From positions 60,574,001 through 60,638,000 of the forward strand of contig OX597814.1 of NCBI GenBank assembly GCA_951406725.2: DNA of 64,000 nucleotides, written 5' to 3'. The number at the start of each line of letters is the position of its first letter. Within the stretch, counting starts at the first letter, position 1. The DNA is from Octopus vulgaris (Eukaryota). The notes below the pieces were generated by a model, which saw only the letters and a list, made by a program, of their open reading frames with translations, was not told the origin of the DNA and ran no database searches. The translations under genes were made by a program, and so were the position numbers. Below, piece after piece: positions 13,352 through 26,324 of the stretch.

Positions 13352-14559
13352 GTTTCAAATTTTTCCACAAGGGCAGCAGTTTTGAGGGAGGCGTTGAGTC
13401 GATTACATCAACCCTGTATTCAACTGGTAGTTAATTTATCGATCCCGAAAGGATGAAAGGCAAAGTCAACCTCAGTGGAATCTGAACTCAGAATGGAGCG
13501 ACGGGCAAAATACCACTAAGCATTTCATCCAGCGAGCCAATGATTCTGTCAGCTCGCCACCAAATAGTGATGATAATAATAATAACCCTTTCTACAATAG
13601 GCACAAGGCCCAATTTTTTTTTTTTTTGGGGGGGGGGCTAGTCAATTACATCAACACAAGTGTTTCATTGGTACTTATTTTACTGACCCTGAAAGGATGA
13701 AAGGCAAAGTTGACCTCAGTGGAATTTGAACTCAGAACATAGCGACAGGCAAAATACCTATTTCTTTATTACCCACAAGGGGCTAAACACAGAGGGGACA
13801 AACAAGGACAGACATATGTATTAAGTCAATTACATCGACCCCAATGCGTAGCTGGTACTTAATTTATCGACCCCGAAAGGATGAAAGGCAAAGTCAACTT
13901 CGGCAGAATTTGAACTCAGAACGTAGCGACAGGCAAAATACCGCTAAGCATTTTGTCCAGCATGCTAACGAATCTGCCAGCTCTAGTGATAATAATGATA
14001 ACGATTTCAAATTTTGACACAAGGCCAGTAACTTTGAGGAGGAGGTAAGTCAATTGCTTCAACCCCAGTACTCAACTGGTACTTATTTTACTGCCCATGA
14101 AAGGATGAAAGGCAAAGTCAACCTGAGTAGAATTTTAATGCAGAACATGAAAACAAATGAAATGCCACTAAGCATTTTGCCCAGTATGCTAACAATTCTG
14201 CCAGCTTTTCGAAGATGATGATGATGATTCCACAAGGGCAACAAAGGAAGAAATTATAAAAATGCACATAAAGTGGTGGTGGGATACATAGAAAATCGAA
14301 TGAGTAACAGAAAATATTAAAACAGCATGAAATATAAATATACATCATCATCATCATCATTTAACATCCGTTTTCCATGCTAGCATGGGTTGGGCTATAA
14401 TGACAATAATGCAGTTCTCTTTATAAGGAAGACATTCATCTGATAATAATAATAATAATAATAATAACAACAACAACCTCACCATAGACAGTGCACATAT
14501 TTACCAAAGAAATAAATAAAAGATTCTGCTTAGAAAAATGTACCAAAGCAACCTTGAAA

Positions 14560-15860
14560 AGTGGGAAGCTAATTAAGAACAACAATATTGCACTAGATTA
14601 GGAAAATGAAATATACAAACTGGACCAAACTCAAGCAAACAAATACTTAGGAATGAATGAACTAGGTAGGGTACAACATTCACAAATGAATGAAAAGATA
14701 AGGAACAAACATTACAGATGAATGAGATAAATACTTAAAACACAGCTAAGTGCCAAAAATAAGATAGTAGGCATCAATACTCTAGCTGTCCCAGTTCTGA
14801 GCCATAGATACCATATTCTTAACTGGACACTAAATGAACTCATATGCACCACCCAAAATCTGACATAAAAAGGTTATATATACAGTGAAATGAAGGTAGT
14901 TGAGGTCTTACTAGAACTAGAAAACTATTATAGAAAGAGAGCTAAAGAAACATCTAACTCAATATCAAGAAAAGCTGATACAAATAACTACAAAGCTGCA
15001 AAATACAAGAAAAAGGACAAAATACCCAACAAATATGAAGAAAAAGAAGAAAGAGCAAAAGCTGTAAAGCAGCTAAAATTTAAGCTAAAGTTGGAACTAC
15101 AAAATGTCATGATAAAACGATAGCAAATACAGGGATAAGCTAAATAGAAAAGAAACCAAGTTAAATCCCAAAACTGGTTGAGAAGCTTGGGACTCAAAGC
15201 AGAGACTGAAAGGTTCATAATTGTAACACAAAGTCAAAATCTTCTCAATCAGAAAGATATATAATGAAGCAGAATACAATAAGTAACTGCAGAATATGTG
15301 ATGATGGGTAAGAAACAAATAAATTATATTGTCTCTGGTTGACCACCCTTGAATTAGAAAGAATATATTCACAGACGTGGCAGAGTCAGGACTTACATAC
15401 ACTGGATGTTATGCTAGCATGATGAAATAACAGCAGAAAAAAAGGAGTATAAGTATACCCACCAAAAAGTTTCAGAAAACAACAAAGTAACCATATTCTG
15501 GGATATGCCAATACACTCTGATAGAGAGAACAAAACTAATCATCCAGATATTGTTGTCAAGGAATACCAAGAAAAAGAAAATGACATATTAGACCCAACA
15601 GACGACAATGTATCTCTAAAAGAAATGGAGAAAAAAAATGGCACTTCTAGACATTGCATACATTTCAATGCTTAAAAATAATAATGCCAAACAAATTACT
15701 ACATATACCCAAGACACACAAAGCTGTTCTTGGTAGACACTGCATACATTTCAATACAATAAAAATAATAATGCCAAACAAATTACTACATATACCCAAT
15801 ACACACAAAGCTGTTCTTGGTAGTGCAGTGAAAGCAAGTATTGAAAATAAGAGTACAGAA
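14560..15860 (+). mobile_element. Degenerate restriction-like-endonuclease LINE (R4/Dong-like), between (TAA)n tracts
   Basis: KYLG, NKIVGINTLAVPVL, MHHPKSDIKRLY, GLKAETE, IFWDMPIHSDRE..NHPDIVVK and KAVLG motifs, with many stops. Further fragments at ~6080-6320, ~16520-16930, ~20005-20150 and ~58560-58730. Confidence 0.75.
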
Positions 15861-15916
15861 TAGTAATAATAATAACAATAAAAATATTAATAATAATAAT
15901 AATAATAACAATAATG

Positions 15917-15963
<47 letters not shown>

Positions 15964-17229
15964 CCTTTGTACTATAGGCACAAGGCCTGGGTTTTGTGGG
16001 GAATGGGACAGTTGATCACATTGACCACAGTACTCTACTGGCATTTAATTTATCAAACCCAAAAGGATGAAAGACAAAGTCGAGCTCGGCAGACTTTGAG
16101 CTCAGAACATAGTGGCAACTGAAATACTGCTAAGCATTTCCCTCAGTATGGTAATGATTCTGCCAGCTTGCTGCCATAATAATAATAATAATAATAAAAA
16201 TAATAAACTGCTCTGCTGGGGACAGCTAGGATTTTGAGATTGGTGCTTGGGTGTTGAATGTCTTCCAAGATAATTAACAACAAATTATCAAAGCTTATAA
16301 TTTGTAGAAAGGGACCCTGTGAGAGCTCTGAAAACAGGTCGCTGTCTGCTCTCACAAAACTGAGCACTCCGAGACGTAAAACAATAATGGTATTAACAAA
16401 CAGTTTCTTCACATGGGGAATTTAGCCAGTATTAGGAAATAAGCACAGAAAAGAAATGGTTACAAACAGGTTACAAAAAGGTTACAAAAAGGTCTGTCTA
16501 AAAGGCTGATAATGTGATTATATTCTATGACATGCCGATCCATGCAGACAGGTAGATTAAGGCAAATCCTTCACATATTTTTGTTAAACACAAGTAATGA
16601 AAACAACTTTTAATCGAAGTAACAGTCTTAAACAGACACTGCAACGATAAAATAAATTAAGAAACTATTAAAATGTAAAAATGTGGAAATAAAGATAATG
16701 AGGGTATTAACGTGGGGGGAGGGGGTAATTAAAGAAAAAAAACGCAGACACAATTTCTATAATAGCAAGTGCCTTGGGAACAATATATCAAAAAAATAGT
16801 GCATGTACAAATGAATACAGAACTAACCCCACCATCCTCCAACACCTGCTAACAAAACTTTGCGTACATAAATATGAAGGTTAAAACACCACCAGGCACA
16901 GCACAAATATTGCAGAGAGTACTGTCAGTGCAACAGACAAAAAAAGAAATGAAAAAGAAACAAATACAAAACAAAGCTTTATGCATGCCTCAAAGGTAAG
17001 AAGAAGTGAACTATGGTGCAGTGAAAAACTGCAATAAAAAGAGTGTGAATACTGACATCATCATCATCATAATATTTATAATAATAATAATAATAATAAT
17101 AGCAGTGTTGGCGACGAGGAGGAAGAGGAGAAAGAGAAGAAGAAGAAGAAGAAGAAGAAGAAGAAGAAGAAGAAGAAGAAGAAGAAGAAGAAGAAGAAGA
17201 AGAAGAAGAAGAAGAAAAAGAAGAAAAAG

Positions 17230-17261
<32 letters not shown>

Positions 17262-17957
17262 TGCTGAAATTAATTTTGGTGAGATTCATCTTAAGATTTC
17301 TGATAAATCAATGGATTAATAGCTGTCTGTAAGAATCCATAACTCCAAGCTCAATGTTTCCATTGATTATATTGAAAGCTGGGTGAATGTTGTGGAAATG
17401 GCAAGAGTGGATGGTACTGCTCAAAGTATAGACCAGTTGAGTTGGAGAAGGCACTTGCCCTTGGTGATCAGTGAGATCTTGGATAGTGAGGTTTCATGAT
17501 TATCCCTATTATCAAATCCCTATTATCAGATCGTTATTACCCTTTTGCTTTTCATTTTTTTTACTGATGTATACTTTTATATTTCATTTGTTTTTCATAG
17601 ACTGTGGCCATGCTGTTGCATAGCATTGAAGAATATCTTTTTTTAGTCCAATGAATCAACCCCAGTACTTTTTTTAAGGCCTGGTACTTATTCTATCAGT
17701 CACTTTTGCCAAACTGCTAAGTTATTGTTACTGAGTTGGCAAAATCATTTGCATAGCAGGTAAACTGCTTAGAAGCATTTCGTCTGTCCTTATGTTCTGA
17801 TTTCAAAGTCCAATGAGGTTGACTTTGCCTTTCATCCTTTCAAGGCTGATAAAATAAGTACCAGTTGTGCATGATGGTGGTGGGGGGATGTAATTGACTT
17901 ACCTCCTCCTCGAAATTGCAGGCCTTGCGCCAAAATTTGAAACCATTATTATTATCA

Positions 17958-17990
<33 letters not shown>

Positions 17991-19200
17991 CTACTACTAT
18001 TAAGACAGTGAGTTGGCAGAATCATTAGCAGACCAGAAAAAACACTTAGTCGCATTTCTTCTGGCTTTATGGTGCAAGTTCAAATTACGCTGAGGTCAAA
18101 TTTAACTTTCATCCTTTTGGGGGCAATAAAAATAAGCACCTCCCACCCCAAAGTTCAGCTTGTGCCTATTGTAGAAAGGATTATTATTATTTTTATTCTT
18201 AAGGTGAGAAGCTGACAGGGTTATTAATGCACTGGACAAAATGCTTGGAAACATTTCATCCGTCTTAACGTTCTGAGTTCAAATCCTGCTGAAGTCGATT
18301 TTGCCTTTTATCCTTTCAGGTCATTAAATAAGTACCAATTGAGCATTGGAGTCAATGCAATTGTTTAACCCTTTCGTTACTGTGTTTATTTTAAGATGTT
18401 CTGTGTTTCTTTCAATTACTCTAAGTATAACAAAGTATTTAGTAAAATATCTTAGTTATAATTAAGCTAGGGTTAGGAACATAAATTGTGACTAAAGGTT
18501 TGGTGGAAGATTTTAATTCAGAACTTTTGATAACAAGACATTTGTACTACAAAGCCAGAGCCAGTTTCAGCTGGGTTGGTAACAACCCGGCTTAAACCCC
18601 TCTCCTCCAATGTCATACCTGGTGCCTATAGTAAAAAGGATTATTATTTGGACAACATGCATTGATTAAACAGAAAATCTTTCAGCTTTGTCCTCCAAAT
18701 GTACAATCAGAAATGTGTATTTATATGTATGTGTATTTTCTATTCCCTTCATCACATTATATGTATCTTTGTGACTTTGCCTATATGTGCATGTATCTGT
18801 GTGTTGTTGATTTTTAACCCCAAGGTTAGATCTGATAAGGTAGATCTGTGGTTAAAGGTGTTCCGGTTTCCAGATGTGACCAAATAATCTGTATATCAGG
18901 GAGTATATTATTTAATGTGTCCTTCCTTTTTATCTTTTAGATAGTGGTGTGTGATTTGAGGAATATTTGGCTGCTACTTCTAGCTGATCGAGCAATCATG
19001 TAGCATTTTTGTTAATAGCTTGTGTGTGTATGTGTATGTGAAAAAAAAAACAGAGAGAAAAGTGACAGATGCCAGGGTTAAGAACTTCCAGGTCATGTGT
19101 GTTAGTGCATGTGTGTGTGTGTGTGTAAAATTTGTCTGCATGCGCGTGAGTGTTCTTGTGCATTTGAGTGTGGCTGCACTTGTATTTGTGTACATCTGTC

Positions 19201-19231
<31 letters not shown>

Positions 19232-19345
19232 GGTTCTGTAAAAATGTTATGTACATGTATGTGCATCTGTATATGTGTATTACATGCATGCGTGTCTATG
19301 TGTAAAAATATGTGTTGCGTGTGTGTCTGTGTTTGTCTGTCTGTC

Positions 19346-19396
<51 letters not shown>

Positions 19397-20926
19397 CTGT
19401 GTATGTGCCCATTTGTGCCTATGTGTTAATGTCAGCATGGATATATGTGTAAGTATGTTATTTTACTTCGCTCTATTACATCGGGTTATTCCAATTAGTT
19501 GTTCAATTTATTTTAGCCATCATGGCTGTTGGCAGAAGACAATTATTATTATTATTATTATCATGATTATTAATTGTTTTCTTTTTCTTTTGTCTGTTTC
19601 TATTTAATATTCTTTGAAAAAGCACAAATTGACAGACAAGCAGAAATAAAAAAAAAAGAAGGAATGAAGAAAGAGAATAAAATAAGGATGGTGACTTTGG
19701 TGAATAATGCATATGTTAGTGGTTGTGATGATAATGATGGGCATGATGGTGATGGTGGTGGTGGTGCCGCTGCTGCTGCTGATATGGAGCTAGATGAGGT
19801 GGTAGTCATGGTAGTGATGAGGATGGCAATGGCTGTGATGGTGACTTTGGTGAATAATAAATGTTAACAGTAGTGGTGGTGGTGGTGGTCGTTGTGGTGG
19901 TGATAAATGAAAAGACAAGGGTGATAATTAAAATTTGTTTGGCATTATTATTTTTATTGTATTGAAATGTATGCAATGTCTAGAAGTGCCATTTTTTTTT
20001 ATGTCAATGACATATTAGACCCAACAGATGACAATGTATCTCTAAAAGAAATGGAGAAACTCTCAAAAAATAAAGACCTAGAAATACAGATAACCCAGAT
20101 GTGGAACCTGAAGACAGAAACAATTTCACTATAGTAATAAGCACTTCAGTTTTTGCCAAAAAACGACAATGACTAACTGGTAATGATGATGATACTGATA
20201 ATGGCCATGATGATGATGATGATGAAGCTACAAGATATTGATGGTAACCACACCCACATTACAGTGTGATGTCATTATTGACTTATTTTAGCCCTTGGTC
20301 TTACTAATCAAGCAAGCCTATGATTACAGGTGCTTCCAGCAATGACTGACCACAGTGGTCTTTTCCTTTTCAGACAAGGTACCCTAGGACGAAGGGGTTC
20401 TATCTAAAGCATGCCGCTTTGTTTTAAGAAAGTAATATGTGAGCTAAAGGAAATTCAGCTACCACTTTTCAAAGCTCAACTGACCACTTGTAGATTCCCA
20501 TGTTGAATTAGTGAGTGTGCATGGTGTTGTTGGACAACATTATACAATACATGTATCCTTTTCTGAAGGGAGCAGAATTTGTATTTGTTTTGCAAGATTC
20601 TTGATGTGAAATCATGTGTTGAAACAAATATCATCATAGCCATGTGTTGAGAGGGATTATTTTGCCAATTTAAACATAATTCACCTCTGGATATCATGGG
20701 TGTTTCACTTCAGCTTTATTATTATTATTATTATTATTATTATTTTAGTGAATTTTATCCAAACTCTTTCGTCACACCTCCTGTGAACTCTTCAGTGACC
20801 CTTTATCCCATGTGTCTCCTCCTGCTCTGCTTAAAGAGTCACTGAAGAACTTCAAGCTGAAGATAAAACGTCATTGAAAAGCTCACAGGATGTGTGATGA
20901 AAGAGCTTTGACAAAGAAACAAAAGA

Positions 20927-20962
<36 letters not shown>

Positions 20963-22096
20963 CCTTTCTACTATAGGTACAAGGTCTGAAATTTGTGGGA
21001 AGAGGACTAATCAATTATATCAACCCTAATGTTTCACTAGTATTTAATTTATTGACTTCGAAAGGCAAAGTCAACCTTGGCAGACTTTGAACTCAGAATG
21101 TGAAGATAGATGAAATACCACTAAGCATTTCACCTAGCATACTAATGATTTTGCTAACTCGCCGCCTTAATAATAATTATTTCAATATTTGTTGGTTTTT
21201 TTTTTTTTGCTACAAGGGCAGCTTGGGGGAGGTGGGGATGAGTCGTTCACATCAACTCCAATGTTCAACTGGTACTTATTTTATCGACCCAAAAAATATG
21301 AAAGGCAAGGTCAAACTCAGCGGAACTTGAGTTCAGAACGTAGTGACAGGCGAAATACTATCAAGCAATTTTCATCCAGCATGCTAACGATTTTGCCAGC
21401 TTGCCACCTTGTTCTTGTTGTTGTTGTTGTTGGTGTTGAGGAGGAGGGGCGGGAGGAGGAGGAGGGGAGGGGCGGGAGGAGAGGAGGAGGACCAAGTAAA
21501 AACCAAACATATAGTGCATGTGTTTAATTGGCAAAATATGACCACTCCCAAGCAGAGTATGAGTTCAGGGATACTGAGAAGCTACTTCTATCAGATAAGT
21601 TGTCATATTGAAGCTCCTACATTGCATGAACTTGTGTTGTTGCTTTTGTTGTTGTTGCTGCCGTTGGTGGTAGTGGTAGTGTTATTTAATCTTAGTCAAA
21701 CCTTGAATGAGAAGACCTATGATCAAAGGCATTCCAGCCATGAACATCCCATATTTTCTCCTTTACAGTGTATCTAAGATGATATTATTCAATATATTTT
21801 TTTTCCTCTTAAGATGGTACGGTATGATAAAGGGTAAAACTGGTTGCTATTACTGGCATTGTGACCCTACAGAAGCTCCCTTATTTGACTGACACCTTTA
21901 CCTTTCTTGCTATGTCTACCAGTATTTATCTTTTCTAGCCTGTGTTCACTTTTACCAAATTACATTCATTATCCAGTGTATCCTTCATTTTTCAGACAGA
22001 TGGCAGATATCTCAGGAGTATTTAGCTTCTGTTTCTAATTAGACATTCCCATGCTGTTCATTTATTTATTTGTTGGTGGCGTTGCTATCATTGAAT

Positions 22097-22128
<32 letters not shown>

Positions 22129-22310
22129 AGCAACAGATGTATCAGTGAAGATAATGGCTGTAGTAGTTGTTATGAGGGTGGTGGTTGTTGTTGTTGGTGG
22201 TAGCAGTGGTGGTGGTGATAAAAGTACAAAACTAATAAGCAAGCAAGCAATTTGATAAGATACTGATCAGACTGATGAGATGAAACAAGTGTAATCAAGA
22301 GAACACATAC

Positions 22311-22376
22311 CTTATTTCATATAATAATTCATTAGTGACATATGCATAGGAGTCAAAACACAATTTCTGCAGTTGA
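22311..22376 (-). CDS. Coding exon D: (C)QLQKLCFDSYAYVTNELLYEI(R), first LRR
   Basis: Polypyrimidine acceptor ctcttttgcag, donor gtatgt, 66 nt, phase 2-2; bridges exons C and E exactly. Confidence 0.9.
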
Positions 22377-22721
22377 CTGCAAAAGAGATGAAAGAAAAAG
22401 AGGAGACATTTTAAAAGAAGATATACATTTATGATGAATGGAGGAATTTCAAAGACCACATGTGAAACTAAAACATTGATTAGTACATTCGTTTGAAATA
22501 TATGTACATCATTAACATCACCATTATCATCAACATAGTCATTTTAATGTCCACTTTACTATACTTAAATGGTTTAGTCAGAATTCATTGAGGAAGATTT
22601 TCTACGACCTGATGCTCTTCCTGTCTTCAACCTTCACTGATTTCCATGCTAAGTTTTATTTTCCCATGACTGATCAGACGTGTTTCCACAGAAAACTGTA
22701 TACAAATGATACCTCTTTGGT

Positions 22722-23063
22722 CAGTGCTTCTCAGTTGGGGTCCATATGACCCCTGAGGGTCCATATAAAATTTTGTGGAGTCCACACAAACAAAATAGTA
22801 AACTGCAGACCCACAGTAGACTATTAAGGGCCCATGAAATATATTTTATATTAGATGTATTTATCACAAGAAACAGCTCAGTCTTTTTGTGTAAAGTTTC
22901 ACAAAGTTCAACCTGCATAAGTTAAGGGGGAAAGCAAAATAGGGATTTTGAAAGGAGTATCTATATAAAATTAGTTTTTAAACGTTGAATGGCTATGGGG
23001 ATCCACCAGAATAAAATACTAATCAAAAGGAATCTGTAGGTAAAGAATGGTTAAGAACCACTG
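22722..23063. mobile_element. hAT-like MITE (second copy at 57849-58194)
   Basis: TIRs cagtgcttctca / ttaagaaccactg, degenerate 8-bp TSD tctttggt/actttgat. The two copies align over ~340 bp. Confidence 0.7.
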
Positions 23064-23496
23064 ACTTTGATGATAGTAATACCAATTAACATCCATCACA
23101 TGATGTTAAGACAAGGACACACAGCACAGACACCTCACACACACAAATATATATACATACATACATACACACACATATATATATATATATATATGCATCA
23201 CCTCTACTACAAGACACCTATTTCTAGTTAGCTCTTCCACTGCAAGAGCCTTATTTTCCTCCCACTGTTCATATTCTAACCTCTCATCACCTGACACAAA
23301 ACCACATCCCTCAATACAACTCTTCATTTGGTTGAGGGAAGCCTTATCTTGTAAATTAACTAGTGACCTCACAGCTGTTGGTGCCATGTAAAAAGCACCC
23401 AGTATACTATGTAGGGTGGTTGATGTTAGGATGGGCATCCAGTTGCAGATACCTTCCCAAAAAAGACAGTAGTCTGGAACAGTTTTTTTACTTGCT

Positions 23497-24657
23497 AACA
23501 GATATATTTACCAAAATTACATAAAAATATCTTGAAATACTAAAGAGTATATTTATTCAATAAAATCGCCATACGCTTCAACCACGACCACCTGCAATAA
23601 TCCTTGCCTTCAGTTCATCTTTGGTGTTACAGGGAGTTTTGTTGGTCTCTCACTCAACTGCACCCCACACATAATAATCAAGGGGGTTGCAGTCTGAGGA
23701 ATTAGGTAGCCATATGTTACGGGTGATGTGGTTACAGAAATTGTCTGACAACCATGACTGGGTTCTCCTGCTTGTGTGGCGTGGTGCAGAGAACTGTTGC
23801 CAGATGATAGGGTCTTCCAGCAGAGACTCTCTTGACCTAGGGCAGCACTACCTCCTCTAGGCACTTGATGTAGGCCTCCATGTTGAGTCTGAGGCTGTAG
23901 GAAGATGACTGGAGGCATAACATCTCCATCACTAGTGATCATTCCACACACCATGTTGACTGAATGGTTGAGTATCACTCTCGGTACATGTTTTGGGGAT
24001 ATGGCAGGCCAACAGTTGTTCAGTGTGTTCACCATCTGATCCTGGTAGAAATTTTTTTTCGTCTGAGAAAAACCAAAGCATGTTCGGTTGCAATGGATGC
24101 TTGAGTTTGTTCAAAAGATTCATAGCACAGTCTTTCCTCTTGTTCTTGATGGCTTGAGATAAAAATTGGCCCTTTCTCATCTTGTATGAGGAATACCAAT
24201 TGTCTTCATGCACTACCTGCCTGATAAGAAATTCAGACACTCCTATGTCCCTGGCGGTGGACCTGATTGACTTGGAGGGATCATAGTCAATCATGGCCTC
24301 ACCAACAAATTCAGGAGTTCTTTTCTTATCACAATGATCAGAGTGAGTTTTCCGAGCTGCCATACCTTCGTAATCACCATTAGATTCATCCCACACTTTC
24401 TGAATCCCCTGCACTGCTCTCAGATTAACATCCAAACACTCTGAAGTGTTCCTACTGGATCTTCCTGTGCAAATATCAAGCTTAACAGCACATCGTTTCC
24501 AAATTTCTGGCAGAATGAATTGCGTCATGGTGCTGTTTTTCTCACAGATGGTGCCCAACTGACCCTACTATACTGCATAGCTGACAAAATAAAAAAACAA
24601 ATAATGCACATGCATGAAAAAAAAATGAAATAGCAACAATTTACCCATTGCGCCCTG
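23497..24657 (-). pseudogene. Tc1/mariner-superfamily transposase pseudogene, DD37D (maT) family
   Basis: HTH-like SIRSTARDIGVSEFLIR, WFFSDEK, and WQQ[F]SAPRHT...WLPNSSDCNPLDYYVWG with 37 residues between the second and third catalytic positions. Frameshifts, a stop, and D2 mutated to F. One terminus TA|CAGGGCG at 24657; the other TIR was not found. Confidence 0.88.
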
Positions 24658-24675
24658 TATATATGTATGTATGTG

Positions 24676-24725
<50 letters not shown>

Positions 24726-24825
24726 CATGTGTGTGTGTGTGTGTATATAACACATCAATATAAATTTCCAACCTATGCCAGCATGAAAAACAGACATTAA
24801 ATGGCAATGATGATAGATACATACA

Positions 24826-24879
<54 letters not shown>

Positions 24880-25410
24880 ACAGCTACATGTTTGCCTGAC
24901 TGCTTGTATATATATATATATATATCATCATCATCATCATCATCATCGTTTAACGTGTTCTCCATGCTATATATATATATAATAGTCTAGCTGGATGCCT
25001 TCCTATCCGTGAGTGTAGTGGGTGCTTACGTGCCTGCCAGGTATATATATATGTACCAGTCGGTCTGGCATCGGCCAGAGTGTATATATATGTATATATA
25101 TATGTATGTATTTATATATTCACCTCGTCCCAGGTTTCCTGGTCTACCTCTTCCACGGGTTCCTCAACTGCGGATTGGCACTTCTCCACATCTTCAACCA
25201 TTCTGCCACTGACCATACCAGCGCAATCGTCTCTCTTGCACACCATAACTGTGCTCTTAGGTCAACATTTCTCTCAAGATGCTAGCTCTGTCGAGTATTA
25301 CACTGACATTACATCCATCGACATACTGGTTCATTCCTCACGGTACGCATGTTCGCAGTCATGGCCCATGTTTTGCATGCATGGCTGTTCGTACACGCAT
25401 CATACATATA

Positions 25411-25509
<99 letters not shown>

Positions 25510-26324
25510 TATATATATATATATTATATATACATGTATATATATATGTATGTATATATAAAAATCAGAAGATCACATTTGATGATGAATTCATAAAACA
25601 AACAACCAACATATACAGATATACTGAAGATGTCACATTCTCATAAATCAAATTTTACATCAATCAACTCATTTAAAGATATTTTAGTATTGTTGAGGAT
25701 ATCTGAGCCACACACATTAAGACAAAGTTAAACAAAAGAAGTACAAAAAGAATATTTGGCAACTAGAGTTGAATTATATCCAGGGCAGAGTTATTAGTTG
25801 TAAAACTATTTTCATCTTGCCAGTGCCATGACAATCGTGGTCATTGCTGGTGTCATGTAAATGGCACATGTACCAGTAGAACGTAAAAGCACCCGTTACA
25901 CTCTTGGAATGGTTGGCATTAGGAAAGGCAGCCAATTGTAGAAACCATGCCAAATCAGACTGGAACCTGGTGCAGCTCTCTGGTTCATCAGCTCCGGTCT
26001 AACCATCTAACCCATACCAGCATGGAGAACGAATATTAAATGATAATGATGATCTTAGCTTCCTTAAAAATCTCATCAGCTACATCATAATGTAAATCAT
26101 GTGAATGTTTTGAATTTAATATACCTGGATAAACTAGCTTTCTCAATGCCACAGACACAGCTACATTACCTTTTATGTTCTATTTTTTTTTTCACTGAAC
26201 CATAACTATCCTGGGGCACTGCCTTGAAATTTTTTTTTTTTTGTCTTAGTCAAATAAAGTAACCCCATTACTAATTTGTTTGCTTATTCTGTCAGGATCT
26301 TTTGCTACAAAGCAAAGGTGACAC

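Noticed and set aside
17006-17332. Poly-Arg/Leu/Asn/Tyr-Ile/Cys-Val ORFs here and throughout the track
   Set aside because: These are translations of simple repeats with no splice or codon evidence.
24960-25560. 188-aa ORF and an odd (TA)n-poly(T)-(TA)n block
   Set aside because: The ORF is made of an antisense RTE fragment plus microsatellite; the region may be low-quality consensus.
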